Source of the DNA: Patescibacteria group bacterium
GTDB taxonomy: Bacteria > Patescibacteriota > Microgenomatia > UBA8517
Length of the DNA stretch: 64,000 nucleotides
Assembly (NCBI GenBank): GCA_035692185.1
Contig: DASSIE010000028.1
Coordinates: 4,922-68,921 of the forward strand
Reading direction: 5' to 3'
Part shown: positions 64,000-64,000 of the stretch, piece by piece
Position numbering within the stretch: the stretch's first letter is position 1
Layout: every line of letters begins with the position of its first letter
Translations under genes and position numbers: made by a program
The notes under the pieces: generated by a model
Database searches by the model: none
Told to the model about the DNA's origin: nothing
Seen by the model: only the letters and a program-made list of their open reading frames with translations

Positions 64000-64000
64000 T

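Noticed and set aside
1-64000. Alternative genetic code (TGA read as Gly or Trp)
   Set aside because: Conserved genes are full-length under code 11, and TGA serves as a normal stop, including in ATGA overlaps.

Overview
AT-rich bacterial chromosome segment (standard genetic code; TGA, TAA and TAG all act as stops). The gene content suggests a Patescibacteria/CPR organism, probably Microgenomates, but this is inference: type IV pilus cluster, ATP-dependent DNA ligase, stand-alone 5'-3' exonuclease, class II RNR, split transketolase and tRNA-Ile(UAU). In order, the window holds the C-terminus of a large surface protein; a GIY-YIG mini-element at the 3' end of tRNA-Gln; tRNA-Lys and tRNA-Glu; a type IV pilus operon; thioredoxin/DsbA genes; a CsoR-controlled copper locus; DNA repair genes (MGMT, ligase, recF, mutM); ftsH and trpS; two tRNA-Met and a tRNA-Ile(UAU); a Xer-like recombinase; a VirB4/HerA-like ATPase; nrdR-nrdJ-cobalamin adenosyltransferase; two class A PBPs; and a glycolysis/pentose phosphate cluster interrupted by an AT-rich three-gene island. 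The most notable unexplained signal is two families of tiny dispersed elements, each seen both bracketing a small gene and as gene-free copies. (1) 7-bp (also 8- and 9-bp) tandem-repeat arms flank a four-helix-bundle gene in inverted orientation, and recur at stop/start junctions and as in-frame insertions in housekeeping proteins. (2) A ~20-bp AGC...CGAAGG palindrome flanks the GIY-YIG gene and recurs intergenically and in-frame within mutM, a tRNA-binding protein gene and pgk. All calls come from reading the sequence; no database search was run.
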